DNA of 64,000 nt, taken from assembly GCA_044892525.1 (NCBI GenBank), contig CM097886.1, positions 5,084,001-5,148,000 of the forward strand, read 5' to 3'. The notes below the pieces were generated by a model. It did no database searches, was not told the DNA's origin, and was given only the letters and a program-made list of their open reading frames with translations. Made by a program: the position numbers and the translations under genes. The stretch comes from Schmidtea polychroa. Lineage: Eukaryota. Positions 63,594-64,000 of this stretch are shown here, piece after piece (within the stretch, counting starts at the first letter, position 1; each line of letters starts with the position of its first letter).

Positions 63594-64000
63594 TTCCAGA
63601 AAAATCTAAATCGCCTTTTTAAAAAAACCACCAAAATTCAGCTGGTAAAACAAACTCTAAAAAACTCTAAAAGACTCTAAAAAAAAATATTGTTTTTCAA
63701 AAAGAGTGTAATTTTAGAAGCTGAATTATAAAAAATCCACCAAATTCCTGTCTTATTGAATTAATACAAATGTAACTTAATACAATAAAAAATAGTAAAT
63801 GTAATTTTATCAAAAATTCTAAAATAGTAAACACAAAACTGTCAAAATACGAAATAGAAAATGCAAAAAATTAAACGGTAATCTGATAGATTTTCATAAT
63901 TCGAAAAAAAGTTTTTTTTAATATTACAATATTTTTCAATAAATATTTTATTTGAAATCGCCATGGAAAATTATTTTAAAACTATTATAAAAAATTGATC

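Noticed and set aside
1-64000. CRISPR arrays, rRNA, tRNA, telomeric repeats or prokaryotic operons
   Set aside because: None recognised. The dispersed palindromes are not regularly spaced repeats with spacers.
1-64000. Microsporidian host, suggested by AT richness and compact Gypsy elements
   Set aside because: The PK, eEF2 (CVSG) and ODR-4-like relics look animal-like. The exact host cannot be determined from this window.

Overview
This is very AT-rich eukaryotic draft sequence with many N gaps and no intact host gene that I can identify. Decayed fragments of pyruvate kinase (FLEYM..L N-terminus), eEF2 (CVSG variant) and an ODR-4-like gene point to an invertebrate animal host; this is inference. 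The window is mostly transposable elements: one near-intact young Ty3/Gypsy element (40771-45937), two decayed relatives, a near-intact DD39D mariner with Stowaway-type TIRs, a DD34D mariner relic, a hAT transposase relic, hAT and piggyBac MITEs, and a Penelope-like RT fragment. The ORF track does not explain four things. (1) At least six minimal type I hammerhead ribozyme motifs in two families, with covariation and tandem or inverted arrangements. (2) A peptide motif at a fixed distance from the gag stop in three divergent Gypsy elements, with pol in the -1 frame in two of them (inferred for the third) and no slippery heptamer. (3) Three cassettes made of a GC-rich double hairpin, a 176-187 nt spacer and an ORF. 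(4) Two families of long palindromes with a one-sided tail. All alignments and translations were done by eye.
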